The translations under genes were made by a program, and so were the position numbers. A DNA stretch of 64,000 nucleotides from Halobacteriales archaeon QS_6_71_20 (GTDB lineage Archaea > Halobacteriota > Halobacteria > Halobacteriales > Haloferacaceae). Numbering within the stretch: the stretch's first letter is position 1; each line of letters opens with the position of its first letter. This document shows positions 19,254 through 29,198 of the stretch, piece by piece. Below the pieces are notes generated by a model. That model made no database searches, was not told where the DNA came from, and was given only the letters and a program-made list of their open reading frames with translations. The stretch spans positions 72,947 through 136,946 of the forward strand of contig PXRU01000003.1 in the NCBI GenBank assembly GCA_003020945.1, read 5' to 3'.

Positions 19254-21239
19254 TCAGGCTCCGGTGACGAGGAACAGCAGGATCGAGATGGCCAGCGACG
19301 CGAGGATCACCGCCGCCGCGAGCGCGCCGCCCATCGAGACGGCGGCGTTGGCGTGGCTGGCCAGCGACTCGGTGCGGTCGTTGCCGAACACGGTCACCTC
19401 GGCGTGTTCCGTCTCCATCCCCGCCTCCACCGGCTCGACGTCGGCGACCGCCTCGCCCGCGAGGTCGACCACCATGTCCGTCAGCTCGCCGGGGTCGAGG
19501 GCCGCCCCCACCTGGTTGTCGGCCTCGACGGTGTTGACGACGTGGGTGTCGGTGGTCATGACCTCCGCCTCGTCCACGTCGGTCGCCGCGACCGCCGCGT
19601 CGACGAGGCGGTCGCGGAGCCCGGGCTCCATGTTGTTGCCGTCGACGAGCACGTACGCGGTTCGCTGCGGGTCGGCCGCGCCGGCCCCTCGGTCCGCGTC
19701 CGCGTCGGTGGTCGCGCCGGCGTCCCGATTGGAGCCGGCGTCGGCCACCTCGGTCACCATCACGCGGACCCCGAGCGGGCCGATGCCGTCCTTGGGTTGC
19801 CACGTCGTCGGCTCCCAGGCGACGCCGACCGAGAGGTCGCCGCGAGCGGCGATCTCGAGCCGGTCGCCGACCCGCGAGGCGGCCCGGATCATGTCGAACG
19901 ACCGGGTCGACCCCGGCGTGACGTGGCCGAGGTCGGGGCCGTCGAGCCCGTTGTTGGAGTTGTGCGCGTCCGCCAGCAGCACGTCGTCGAGCCCGCCCGT
20001 GCGCGCCTCCGTCGCCGCCGAGAGGCCGACGGCGTACTCCACGTCGTCCGCGAAGCCCGGGGCGAACGTGGACACGAGCAGCGCGTCGTCGTCGAACGCC
20101 TGGCCGAGGATCGACGCCTCGCCGGCGGCCTCGCGGACGCTCTCGCTGGCCTCCCGCGAGTAGGTGAGCCGCGAGTCGGCGCGCTCGGCGGCCGCGATCA
20201 CGGCGTCGACCTCGCGCTCGGTGACGAGGTTGAAGTCGTGGCCGGCGGTCGCGTGCGGCGGGAACGCCAGCCCGTCGGCCGCCTCCGCGACCCGCACCGG
20301 GAGGTTGCCGCCGCCGATCTCCCCCATCGGCCCGGGGTGGACCATCGGAAGCACCCACCGGGCCTTCTCGGTGCCGTCGAGCGTCCGGAACGCGAGTACG
20401 GTGACGGGGACGACCGCCTCCTCGCCGAGCTGCTCGAAGAAGTCCTCCAGCTCGCGGCTCCCCTCGGCGACGTGGCCGATGAACCCCTGGAGGAAGTCGA
20501 GCACGGAGACGCCCAGCGTGTTGCGCCACGGCCGGTCGACGACGTAGAGGAAGGTGCCCACCGCGACGGCGTACAGCAGGCAGGTGAGCCCGAGAACGAG
20601 GAAGTGGTCGGGGCTGATCGCCGACAGCTCCGAGGGCGCCTCGTCCGGACGCGCGAGATACGGCGCGAGGAACGTCTCCAGCAGCGGGCCTCCCACCTCG
20701 ACCACGCGGAGCGTCCCGCTGTACACGAAAAGCAGCAGCGCCGCGGTGGCGGTCTGGAGGCTGGCGGGCACCGCCGCGACCGGCAGCGAGGAGCGCGAGA
20801 CGGCCATGATGACGAGCAGCCGCAGCGCGAACACCGACGCCAGCGCGACGACCAGCACGTCGAAGACGAACCGCTGCCCCAGCGGCGTGAGGTACGACGC
20901 CAGCGCGCCGACCGTGAGGAACGCGACAATGACGACCTCACACACCAGCGCGAGCAGCGACGAGCGGTTGCGGGTCAGCTTCCCGCCGACGAGGCGGTCG
21001 ACCCAGGCGGTGGCGAAGCCGGCGATGACCGTCGGCACGCCGATGAAGAAGATCCCCTCCCAGGCGTCGCGTCCGACGAACAGCACGCCCCGCCACACCT
21101 GCGTCGCCTCGGGTCGCTCGAAGGCGCCGACGCCGGCGACGGCCGCGAGCAGCAGGGCGAACGCGACCGACGTGTACCACGACGGCGCCCGGAAGACAAA
21201 CCGCGAGAGACCGGCGAGGTTGCTCTGGGTCGCAGTCAT
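19254..21239 (-). CDS. DUF2070-family membrane protein
   Basis: N-terminal TM region plus soluble domain with HPGP, HAT, DAHN, DGNN, TTDTH. Confidence 0.85.
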   Translation of the reverse strand: MTATQSNLAGLSRFVFRAPSWYTSVAFALLLAAVAGVGAFERPEATQVWRGVLFVGRDAWEGIFFIGVPTVIAGFATAWVDRLVGGKLTRNRSSLLALVCEVVIVAFLTVGALASYLTPLGQRFVFDVLVVALASVFALRLLVIMAVSRSSLPVAAVPASLQTATAALLLFVYSGTLRVVEVGGPLLETFLAPYLARPDEAPSELSAISPDHFLVLGLTCLLYAVAVGTFLYVVDRPWRNTLGVSVLDFLQGFIGHVAEGSRELEDFFEQLGEEAVVPVTVLAFRTLDGTEKARWVLPMVHPGPMGEIGGGNLPVRVAEAADGLAFPPHATAGHDFNLVTEREVDAVIAAAERADSRLTYSREASESVREAAGEASILGQAFDDDALLVSTFAPGFADDVEYAVGLSAATEARTGGLDDVLLADAHNSNNGLDGPDLGHVTPGSTRSFDMIRAASRVGDRLEIAARGDLSVGVAWEPTTWQPKDGIGPLGVRVMVTEVADAGSNRDAGATTDADADRGAGAADPQRTAYVLVDGNNMEPGLRDRLVDAAVAATDVDEAEVMTTDTHVVNTVEADNQVGAALDPGELTDMVVDLAGEAVADVEPVEAGMETEHAEVTVFGNDRTESLASHANAAVSMGGALAAAVILASLAISILLFLVTGA

Positions 21240-21300
21240 CCGTGTTGACGGGTGGGAACGCGGTCGAGGATTAAAAACCGGACGTACTTCCCGCGCGGCT

Positions 21301-21855
21301 CTACCGACAGATCTCGACGAAGTTCTCGAAGACCTCCCGCCCCCGCTCGGTGTGGCTCACCTCGGGGTGCCACTGGACGCCGTAGAGGTCGCGGTCGGTG
21401 TCGGACATCGCCTCGACGCCGCAGACGTCGCTGTCGGCGGTGACGGCGAACCCCTCGGGCGGCTCGACCACCTCGTCGGCGTGGCTGGCCCACGTGCGCG
21501 TCTCCGGCGCCAGCGACCCCACGAGCGGGTCGTCGTCGCCCCGGATCCGCACGTCGACGTCGGCGTAGCCGCCGTAGTCTCCCGACTCCACGCGCCCGCC
21601 CAGCTCCGTGGCGATGAACTGTAGCCCCAGACAGATGCCGAATACGGGGACGTCCAGGTCGAGGTACTCCGAACACCGGCCGACGCGGTCGATGCTCGGC
21701 CCCCCCGAGAGGACGATCCCGTCGGCGTCGATCTCGTCGGGGTCGGTGTCGTTGTCGAGGATCTCCGTCTCGACGCCCACGTCTCGGAGCGCGCGGCCCT
21801 CCAGATGTGTGAACTGCCCGTGGTTGTCGATCACCACGATGCGCGGCTCGCTCAT
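21301..21855 (-). CDS. guaAa: GMP synthase subunit A (glutamine amidotransferase)
   Basis: IDNHGQFTH, LSGGP, GICLG, QWHPEV. Confidence 0.95.
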   Translation of the reverse strand: MSEPRIVVIDNHGQFTHLEGRALRDVGVETEILDNDTDPDEIDADGIVLSGGPSIDRVGRCSEYLDLDVPVFGICLGLQFIATELGGRVESGDYGGYADVDVRIRGDDDPLVGSLAPETRTWASHADEVVEPPEGFAVTADSDVCGVEAMSDTDRDLYGVQWHPEVSHTERGREVFENFVEICR

Positions 21856-21940
21856 ACGCGGTGTTGCGCGGACGTGGTGAAAAGCGGCCCGCTTCCCGGC
21901 GGGGGATGCACGGACGTGACTACCCGCCGCCGATGCCCGG

Positions 21941-22510
21941 TCAGCCGTCGTCGTCGAGGCGCTCGCTGGCCGCCGAGAACTCCAGCTCGCCCAGCTCGTC
22001 GCCGCGGCGCGACTCCCGCTCGGCGACCGCCTCCGGGTCGGGACTCGCGTCGTCGTCGACGCGGGCGAACGACCTGTGGACCTTCGTGTGACACCAGCGA
22101 CAGAGGCCGACGGTTATCTCGTGGGACGGCTCGCGTCCGCCGTCGCGAGTGGACTCAGCCTCCCGCGTCTCCCCGGCTCCCGCCGTGTGCTCGCCGTACG
22201 AGAGGTGGTGCGCCTCGACGAGCGGCCGGCGGTCGTCGTGGGCGATCCGCACCTCCCGCAGCCCGCAACGGACGCACTCCTTGGCGTCAGTGGTCGAACG
22301 GTAGTGCGGACAGTCGCGCCACTCGACGTCCTCGTCGGCGACGACGCAGACGTGGTCGTCGCGGCGGCGGGCGGCGGCGAACTCCGGGTCGTCGCCCGCC
22401 CGCTCCAGTGCGAAGCGGCAGCGACCGTCGCCGGTGAGGTGGTCACAGCGGCCGGCGAATTCGTAGGGGTCGTCGACGCCGACCGGTGTCCCGTCTGGCG
22501 TCTCCTCCAT
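21941..22510 (-). CDS. Conserved haloarchaeal Cys/His-rich protein with an HNH-like C-terminus
   Basis: CVRC...EAHHLSY...ITVGLCRWCHTKVH. Confidence 0.75.
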   Translation of the reverse strand: MEETPDGTPVGVDDPYEFAGRCDHLTGDGRCRFALERAGDDPEFAAARRRDDHVCVVADEDVEWRDCPHYRSTTDAKECVRCGLREVRIAHDDRRPLVEAHHLSYGEHTAGAGETREAESTRDGGREPSHEITVGLCRWCHTKVHRSFARVDDDASPDPEAVAERESRRGDELGELEFSAASERLDDDG

Positions 22511-22639
22511 ACGGATCGTGGGTCGCTGCTCGGGCAAAAAGGCTCACCCCCGCGGGACGGAGATTCCCTGCATGGCCCCGCCGCGCCCCGACCGTCGGAA
22601 GGGGGTACGTTGATGCCGCCGGACCGAGGACGACCCGGC

Positions 22640-23017
22640 GTGCGAGTGATCCATCGCCCCGCGGCCGTCGAGCCGGAGGAGCGCGCGCTGGCGCCGACCA
22701 AGCGGGTGCTCGCCGACGACGTCGAGGTGGCGGACTCGGGGCTCTCGCAGCTGCTGGGACTGATGTTCCGTCGGTCGGTGCCCGACGACTACGCGCTCGC
22801 CTTTCGGTTCGAGGCGGCGGACTCCCGGAGCCTCCACATGCTGTTCGTCCCGTTCGCCATCGACGCCGTCTGGCTGGTCGAGGGGGAGGTGACGAAGGTG
22901 AAACGCCTGCGGCCCTGGATCGGGCTGGGCTGGGGGAGGGCGGACACGATCGTCGAACTCCCGGCGGGGGCCGCCGACGACGTCGAGCCGGGCGACGCCG
23001 TCGTGGTCGAGGGGTGA
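22640..23017 (+). CDS. DUF192 domain protein
   Basis: GLMFR, LHMLFVPFAIDAVW, IVELPAG. Confidence 0.85.
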   Translation: MRVIHRPAAVEPEERALAPTKRVLADDVEVADSGLSQLLGLMFRRSVPDDYALAFRFEAADSRSLHMLFVPFAIDAVWLVEGEVTKVKRLRPWIGLGWGRADTIVELPAGAADDVEPGDAVVVEG

Positions 23018-23190
23018 CCCCAGTCCGAGCCGCGCCGCGAAGCGACCGTCGCCCCCTACGGCGACGCGGCGTGGTTCGCGCTCGTCGGGCCGTGGAACCT
23101 CTCGCTGCTGGCGTAGCGGGGCCGCGCGGGACGGGGCGCCGGCGGGAGTGACTCCGGACGTATTTATCGGATGCGGCCCAAGCGGCGGCC

Positions 23191-23520
23191 GTGAGCTACG
23201 TCGTCGAGGTGAAGCCGTCCGCCCGCAAGGCGAACGCGGCGGTCGGCCACGCCGTCCTCCGGGAGGGGGCCCGCCGCGAGTTCGGCGACCGCGGCGCCGC
23301 GGAGGCGTGGGCCGAGGGGCTCTCGACGGGCGCCGACCGACCGGTGTGGATCCACGCAGCCCACCCCGCCGACCGCAGCGGGGTGGACGCGTACCTCGTC
23401 TCCCGGCAGCGCCAGCTGCTCGACCTCGACGGCGCGTACGACAAGCGACGCCGGCGGCTCCGCGGCGACGACGTCAGCGAGCCCGGCACGCTCGGGGCGT
23501 TCACCGACGGCGGCGAGTAG
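23191..23520 (+). CDS. Hypothetical protein
   Basis: 109-aa ORF with haloarchaeal codon usage; TTTATC box upstream. Confidence 0.6.
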   Translation: MSYVVEVKPSARKANAAVGHAVLREGARREFGDRGAAEAWAEGLSTGADRPVWIHAAHPADRSGVDAYLVSRQRQLLDLDGAYDKRRRRLRGDDVSEPGTLGAFTDGGE

Positions 23521-23632
23521 CGCCGGATGCCGGCGAGCGCCCCGACGACGGCGGCGAGTGCTGCCGTGTCGCGACCGGCCGGCGCACGACAGGGGAGGGT
23601 TTAGGACGCGCCCGCCGGTACGTGAACCCGAT

Positions 23633-24106
23633 ATGGTAGCAGAAGGCGACACCGCGCCGACGTTCACCGCGACGTACAAGGGCAGCGACCACGAGTCGTT
23701 CGACCTCGACGACCACCTCGGCGACGGGCCGGTCGTGCTCGCGTTCTTCCCGGGGGCGTTCACGCCGCCGTGTTCCAACGAGATGGTCGCGCTGGAGGAG
23801 CACGCCGACCGCTTCGCCGACGCCGACGCGACGCTGTTCGGCGTCAGCGCCGACTCGGCGTTCTCGCTGGGCGCGTTCGCCGACGAGCACGACCTCTCGT
23901 TCGACCTCGTCAGCGACATGGACGGCGACGCCATCGACGCGTACGACCTCACGATGGACATCGCCGACCTCGGCCTGCACGGCATCGCCAACCGCGCCGT
24001 GTTCGTCCTCGACGACGACGGCACCGTCGTGTACGAGTGGGTCGCGGACGACCCGACGAACGAGCCGGACTACGAGGAACTGCTTGACGCCGTCGAGTCG
24101 GCCTGA
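23633..24106 (+). CDS. Peroxiredoxin (AhpC/TSA family)
   Basis: FFPGAFTPPCSNEM, GVSADS, RAVFVLD. Confidence 0.92.
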   Translation: MVAEGDTAPTFTATYKGSDHESFDLDDHLGDGPVVLAFFPGAFTPPCSNEMVALEEHADRFADADATLFGVSADSAFSLGAFADEHDLSFDLVSDMDGDAIDAYDLTMDIADLGLHGIANRAVFVLDDDGTVVYEWVADDPTNEPDYEELLDAVESA

Positions 24107-24164
24107 GCCGGCATCGCCCGACTTCCGGGCCGGACGGTCGCTCCACGTCGCTGATAACGGCAGG

Positions 24165-24275
24165 ACGGCTCCTCACGGTTCGCTCCGTTCACGGCTCATT
24201 CCGTTCGCCGTTCGCGCCGTGGCCTCGCTTCGCTCGGCCACGCACCGCTCACCGTTCGTCGCGTCGCTCGCGTCA
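24165..24275. repeat. Low-complexity (CGTT/CGCT)n stem-loop region 3' of the tRNA
   Basis: Repeated GTTCGC/CGCTC units; GTGGCC...GGCCAC hairpin. Confidence 0.5.
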
Positions 24276-24279
24276 GAAG

Positions 24280-24364
24280 CGCCGAGGGGGAGATTTGAAC
24301 TCCCGAGTCCGAATGGACAGCAGATTTCGAATCTGCCGCCTTGGCCAGGCTAGGCTACCTCGGC
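24280..24364 (-). tRNA. tRNA-Ser(CGA)
   Basis: Acceptor GCCGAGG/CCTCGGC, anticodon stem GCAGA-TTCGAAA-TCTGC, long variable arm, GTTCAAATC T-loop; CCA not encoded. Confidence 0.97.
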
Positions 24365-24477
24365 TCACCTTCACGTCCGGCGGTCAGCCTGTAAACCGTT
24401 TCGGTTCGTCCGACCGGTCGGAGGCGGCGTCGGCGGGAACCCCGAGGCTTCTTGCCCGGGGAGCGCCCTCGCACCAC

Positions 24478-25446
24478 ATGGACGTTTCCGACGCGAGCGC
24501 GGCCTGTGGGGACGTGCTCGACACCCTCCGCGCCGCGATCGTCGCCGAGGACGACTTCTTCGAGGAGATCCTCCTCGGCCTGCTCTCCCGGGGTCACGTG
24601 CTGATCGAGGACGTGCCCGGAACGGGGAAGACGCTCACCGCGCGGTCGATGGCGACCGCGCTGGGGCTGTCGTTCTCGCGGGTGCAGTTCACGCCCGACC
24701 TGCTCCCCTCCGACGTCACCGGCACGACCGTCTACGACGAGGGGAGCGGCGAGTTCGAGTTCAGCGAGGGGCCGATCTTCGCGAACGTCGTGCTCGCCGA
24801 CGAGATCAATCGCGCGCCGCCGAAGACGCAGGCGGCGCTTCTGGAGGCGATGGAGGAGGAGCAGGTGACCGTCGACGGCGCCACCCACGACCTCCCGGAG
24901 CCGTTCTTCCTCATCGCGACGCAAAATCCCGTCGAGCAGTCGGGCAACTTCCCGCTGCCGGAGGCGCAGCTCGACCGCTTCGCGGTGAAGACCTCGATGG
25001 GCTACCCCGACCTCGCGGGCGAGGTGGAGCTGCTCCGCCGGCGCGCCGGCCGGCTCGACCAGGAGCCCGGCGTCGAGCGCGTGCTCGACGAGGAGCGCGT
25101 GCTGGGCGCCCGCGAGGCGCCCGAGTCCGTCCGCGTCGACGACGACCTCCTGGAGTACGTCGCCGCGGTCGCGCGGGCGACCCGACGGGACCGCCGGGTC
25201 GAGGTGGGCGTCTCCCCGCGGGGCACCCAGCGGCTGTTCGAGGCGACCCGCGCGGCCGCCACGGTCGCCGGCCGGGAGTTCGTCACGCCGGACGACGTCA
25301 AGCGGGTCGCGGGGCCCGTGCTCGCCCACCGGCTCGTGCTCACGCCGGACGCGAAGGTGAACGACGTGGCGAAACCGGACGTGCTCGCGGCGGTGCTCGA
25401 CGGCGTCGAGGTACCGACCGTCGACGGCGCCGAGGTCGCCGAGTAG
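24478..25446 (+). CDS. MoxR-family AAA+ ATPase
   Basis: EDVPGTGKT, QFTPDLLPSD, LADEINRAPPKTQAALLEAM, ATQNPVE. Confidence 0.96.
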   Translation: MDVSDASAACGDVLDTLRAAIVAEDDFFEEILLGLLSRGHVLIEDVPGTGKTLTARSMATALGLSFSRVQFTPDLLPSDVTGTTVYDEGSGEFEFSEGPIFANVVLADEINRAPPKTQAALLEAMEEEQVTVDGATHDLPEPFFLIATQNPVEQSGNFPLPEAQLDRFAVKTSMGYPDLAGEVELLRRRAGRLDQEPGVERVLDEERVLGAREAPESVRVDDDLLEYVAAVARATRRDRRVEVGVSPRGTQRLFEATRAAATVAGREFVTPDDVKRVAGPVLAHRLVLTPDAKVNDVAKPDVLAAVLDGVEVPTVDGAEVAE

Positions 25447-25503
25447 CCTCGACCCGCCCCCGATCCGGGGTCGACTCCGGCCCGGTCCGCGAACCCCCGA
25501 TCC

Positions 25504-25998
25504 TCACCGGAGCGCGCTCACCAGCGCGATCGCCCCGACCAACAGAAACACGAGCGCGACGACCGGCTGCCCGCCGGCGGCGGCGGCGTACACCCCGAAC
25601 GCGACCGCGGCGGCGACGGCGCCGACCGAGATCGACCCCGCGGCGTGGGTTGCGAGGTTCCGGATGACGTCCGTCTCGCGGCCCAGCTGGTCGCCGAGGC
25701 CGACGGCGTGCTCGCCCAGGTCCCACGACAGCGCGGCCGAGAGCCCGCCGACCAACAGCGGTCCCGGCCCGGCGCCGGAGACGCCGCCCGCCAGCAGCGT
25801 CGCCGCGACCAGCGAGACGGCGCCCCAGCCGAGCGCCCGGCGCGACCCGGCGAGCGTCCCGCCGCCGACCAACAGGACGCCGACGGCGGCGACCGCGCCG
25901 GCCGGCGCCGAGACGACGCCGAGCGCCGCCGCCCCCGTCGCCGCCGAAAGCGCCGCGACCGCGACGCCGGACCGCGGCGGCCGCCGGGTGATCGTCAC
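25504..25998 (-). CDS. Small membrane protein of the MoxR/DUF58 module
   Basis: Ala/Gly-rich TM ORF, SWDLGEHAVGLGDQLGR; GTG start overlaps the DUF58 stop. Confidence 0.75.
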   Translation of the reverse strand: MTITRRPPRSGVAVAALSAATGAAALGVVSAPAGAVAAVGVLLVGGGTLAGSRRALGWGAVSLVAATLLAGGVSGAGPGPLLVGGLSAALSWDLGEHAVGLGDQLGRETDVIRNLATHAAGSISVGAVAAAVAFGVYAAAAGGQPVVALVFLLVGAIALVSALR

Positions 25999-27386
25999 CG
26001 CGACCACCTCGCGGCGGCCCGCTCCAGTTCCGTCGCCAGCGGCTCGTCGCCCCATTCGAGCACGCGCAGCCCGGCCGAGCGGAGCCCGGAGACCCGGTTC
26101 GCCCGCTCGACGCGCGCGAGCCGTCGCCCCGGCGTGTCGTCGGCGGTCGGGTCCGGCGAGATGACCGTCACGGCGTGGCCGTAGGCGTCGAGTCGTCGGG
26201 CGACGGTCGCCGCGTAGTCGTCCGTCAGCGGCGTACAGAAGATGACCTGCGCGTCGGCGGGGAGCCACCGCCGGAACCGCCGGAGCCAGGAGGTCGGGAG
26301 GAACCGCTCGTCGCTGGGCGTCGGCGCCAGCGCCGGGTGGGTCGCCAGTAGGTCGCGGACGCGGGCGGCGTGGTCGTCGCCGACGCCCGGCTCCAGCAGG
26401 CAGTCGCCGGGGCCGAACGCGGCGACGCCGACCCGGTCGCCGCCGTCGAGCAGCGCCGGCACGGCCTGTGAGGCCGCCTCGACGCCCCGCTCGACGGCGT
26501 TGGCCGACTCGTCGTCGGGGGCGAGGTACGATCCCCGGCGGGCGTCGACGCAGACGACGACCGTCGCGGCGCGCTCCTCGCGGAACTGCAGCGTCGACAG
26601 CTCGCCGGTCCGGGCGTACCGCGCCCAGTTCACCCGCTTTGCGGGGTCGCCGTGGCGGTACTCCCGCGTCGAGTGGAACTCCAGGCCGGCCCCGCCCACG
26701 TCCGTCGGCACGCGGCCCGAGTAGACGGTCGTCAGCCCGCGCAGCGGCAGCGACGTGGACGCCTCCAGTTCGGGGGTACACCGCAGCGTCGTCGCCCCCC
26801 CGGCCGCCACCCGCGCGTCGCGCTCGCGAGAGCCGCTGGGGTTGCGCGCGACGACGTGGACGGGGTCGAACTCGTGGGCGCCCCGTACCGCCGTCAGCGT
26901 GTAGCGCAGAGTCGCCGTCCGCCCGGGTCGCAGCGCCGTCCCGAGCCGCGCGGACCCCTCGGTCGCCAGCGCCGCCGGGACGCCGTCGACGATCCGAAGG
27001 TCCGGGAGGACCCGGTCGCCGTCGTTGCGGACGCGCAGCGTCACGGTCACCTCGTCGCCGGGGTCGGGGGCCGGCTCGGACAGTTCACGCTCCAGCGTTA
27101 ACTCCGGGTCGGGCGCCGTGTCGCCGCGGGCGTAGGCGGCGAAGGCGACGCCGACGGCGCCCGCCAGCACCAGCGGCGGGTGACGCAACAGCACGCCCAG
27201 CGCCACCGGGATCAGCGCCAGCCCGGCCATCCCGGCCCACCTGCCGGTGGGGACGATCCCCTTCGGCCGGAGCTGAGGGGGGAGCCCGTCGGGGACGTTC
27301 CGTCCGTTGGCGGCGTCGTCGGTCGACGAGCGGCCGTCGCGGGTGGCTCCGCCGTTCCCGCCGGCGCGTGTGCTCCGCCCGCTCAT
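25995..27386 (-). CDS. DUF58 (vWA-like) domain protein
   Basis: GLEFHSTREYRHGDPAKRVNWARYAR, VVCVDAR; likely start MSGRSTR. Confidence 0.9.
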   Translation of the reverse strand: MSGRSTRAGGNGGATRDGRSSTDDAANGRNVPDGLPPQLRPKGIVPTGRWAGMAGLALIPVALGVLLRHPPLVLAGAVGVAFAAYARGDTAPDPELTLERELSEPAPDPGDEVTVTLRVRNDGDRVLPDLRIVDGVPAALATEGSARLGTALRPGRTATLRYTLTAVRGAHEFDPVHVVARNPSGSRERDARVAAGGATTLRCTPELEASTSLPLRGLTTVYSGRVPTDVGGAGLEFHSTREYRHGDPAKRVNWARYARTGELSTLQFREERAATVVVCVDARRGSYLAPDDESANAVERGVEAASQAVPALLDGGDRVGVAAFGPGDCLLEPGVGDDHAARVRDLLATHPALAPTPSDERFLPTSWLRRFRRWLPADAQVIFCTPLTDDYAATVARRLDAYGHAVTVISPDPTADDTPGRRLARVERANRVSGLRSAGLRVLEWGDEPLATELERAAARWSR

Positions 27387-27922
27387 CCGCGGACCTCCGC
27401 GAGCGCGTCGACGGTGCGGGTGACGGCGAACCGGAACTCCACGTCGGCGCCGAGCAGGCCGCGGAGGCGGACGGACCGCGGCGTCGCCACCCCCGAGCCG
27501 AGATACCACGCCGCGACCGGGTCGTCGGTCCACGTGCCGTCGTCGACGGCCGCCTCCGCCGCGTCCTCGCCGTAGTCGCCGCGCGCCCGGAGCGTCTCGA
27601 CGGTGACTCGACGGAGCCGGCGGTGGAACTCCCGGCGTTTGCGCACGCTCGCGCGAGAGTGGCCTCGCGCCGAGACGACGGCGTCGGCGTCGTCGCCGGG
27701 GACGGGCACCCGGTAGCGGTCCTCGGGGTCGCCCGTCTCGACGGCGCGGCGGTCGTCCGTCCGGGCCTCGTTGGCGTAGCGGAGCCCCTGCATCAGCGCC
27801 AGCACGCCCGCGCCGGTGACGAACACGTACGTCAGGTCGAACAGCCCCGCGAGGCCCCGCTGGACCACGACGACGAGCCCGAACGCCACGGCGACGACGC
27901 CGAGGACCGCGCTCCGCCTCAC
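27383..27922 (-). CDS. Membrane-anchored hypothetical protein of the MoxR/DUF58 module
   Basis: Two N-terminal TMs, GTWTDDPVAAWYL; overlapping start/stop codons on both sides. Confidence 0.75.
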   Translation of the reverse strand: MRRSAVLGVVAVAFGLVVVVQRGLAGLFDLTYVFVTGAGVLALMQGLRYANEARTDDRRAVETGDPEDRYRVPVPGDDADAVVSARGHSRASVRKRREFHRRLRRVTVETLRARGDYGEDAAEAAVDDGTWTDDPVAAWYLGSGVATPRSVRLRGLLGADVEFRFAVTRTVDALAEVRG

Positions 27923-29085
27923 CGGGGACCACCCGGCCCGCCGGCGTCCCCCGTCCCGTCGGTGTCGTCAGTGTCGTCTGGCGCGTCGGCGTCGTCCGCG
28001 CCGTCCGTCCCGTCGGCGTCCGCCGCACCCATCTCGTCGACGTCGCTCGCCCCGTCCATTCTGTCGATGTCGCCCGCCTCATCCATTCTGTCGGCGTCGC
28101 CCGACCCGTCCGGTGCGTCGAGGTCGGCGATCCCGTCCGCGCCGTCGCCGGTGTACCCGGCCTCGATCCGGCGCAGCGCCTCGATGGCCGCCGCCTCGCG
28201 CTCTGGGGTCGCGGGCTCGCCGCCGTAGCGGACGGTCTCGAACGTCTCCGTCAGCGCGGTCACGTCCTCGCGGGCCATTCCCGCCTCGACGGCGGCGTCG
28301 GCGAACTCCGCAGGCGTCGTCGACCGCGGGGAGTCGACGGCAAGCGCGGCGGTCATCCCGCGCCACGCGCGGTACACCTCGTTCGCCAGGTCGGCGTCGG
28401 ACTCCAGCCGGTCGGCCGCGTCGCCGGCGACCCGCCCGACCTCTCGGCGGCGCTCGGGGGCGGGCGGCTCCGGCGGCTCGTCGGCCAGCGACTCCTCGTC
28501 GTCGCCGGTGGAGACGAAAAGCAGCAGGACGCTCCCGGCGATCGCGACGAGCAGCAGCAGCCCGGCCAGCGCCGTCGGCGTCGACAGCGCCTCGCCGGCG
28601 GCGTCAGCCCCGGCGGAGCCGCCGCCGCCCGGAAGCGAGTCCACCGCCGGGAACGAGAGGCCGTCGTCGCCGTCCCCGTCCGGCGACGGGCAGAGGGCGA
28701 ACGCCGCGTACAGTATCCCGGGGGGGACCAGCGACGCGCCGACGAACAGCCCGCTGATCGTCCACGAGCGCGTCGTCCGACGGATGGCGAGGAGGTAGCC
28801 GACGACCCCGACGGCGATCCCCGCGAGCAGCCGCGGGTCGGTGAGGACCGGATAACAGAGCTGTCCCGAGCGCTCCTCGATGGGGAGGCCGAACGACCCC
28901 GCGTCGCCGCCCAGGTCGACCGGGCCGTTCTCCCCGTCTCCGACGCCGCTCTCGTCGCTGACGCTGCCGGCGCCGACGCCGCCGCTCGCGCTCGTCGTCG
29001 CCGAGTCGAGCGTGGCGGCGGCGACGCCCAGCGCGAGCACCGCGAGGAGGGCCAGAGCGGCGGTCGCGAGGGTCCGGCGGTCCAC
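27919..29085 (-). CDS. DUF4129 domain membrane protein with an acidic low-complexity tail
   Basis: NEVYRAW...TPAEFA...LTETFETVRYG; GTG start inferred at 29085. Confidence 0.85.
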   Translation of the reverse strand: MDRRTLATAALALLAVLALGVAAATLDSATTSASGGVGAGSVSDESGVGDGENGPVDLGGDAGSFGLPIEERSGQLCYPVLTDPRLLAGIAVGVVGYLLAIRRTTRSWTISGLFVGASLVPPGILYAAFALCPSPDGDGDDGLSFPAVDSLPGGGGSAGADAAGEALSTPTALAGLLLLVAIAGSVLLLFVSTGDDEESLADEPPEPPAPERRREVGRVAGDAADRLESDADLANEVYRAWRGMTAALAVDSPRSTTPAEFADAAVEAGMAREDVTALTETFETVRYGGEPATPEREAAAIEALRRIEAGYTGDGADGIADLDAPDGSGDADRMDEAGDIDRMDGASDVDEMGAADADGTDGADDADAPDDTDDTDGTGDAGGPGGPR

Positions 29086-29198
29086 AATGTACGCCGGTAG
29101 CGGGGGACCCGGCTCAAACCTTTCGACGGCCGCGAGACGGCGGAGACGAGCGGACCGAACGGGCGAGGGCCCCGCCCGTCGCACCGTCGTCCGGAGCG

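Noticed and set aside
27919-28150. Acidic repeat-like tail of the DUF4129 protein
   Set aside because: Low-complexity Asp/Gly/Ala tails are common in haloarchaeal proteins
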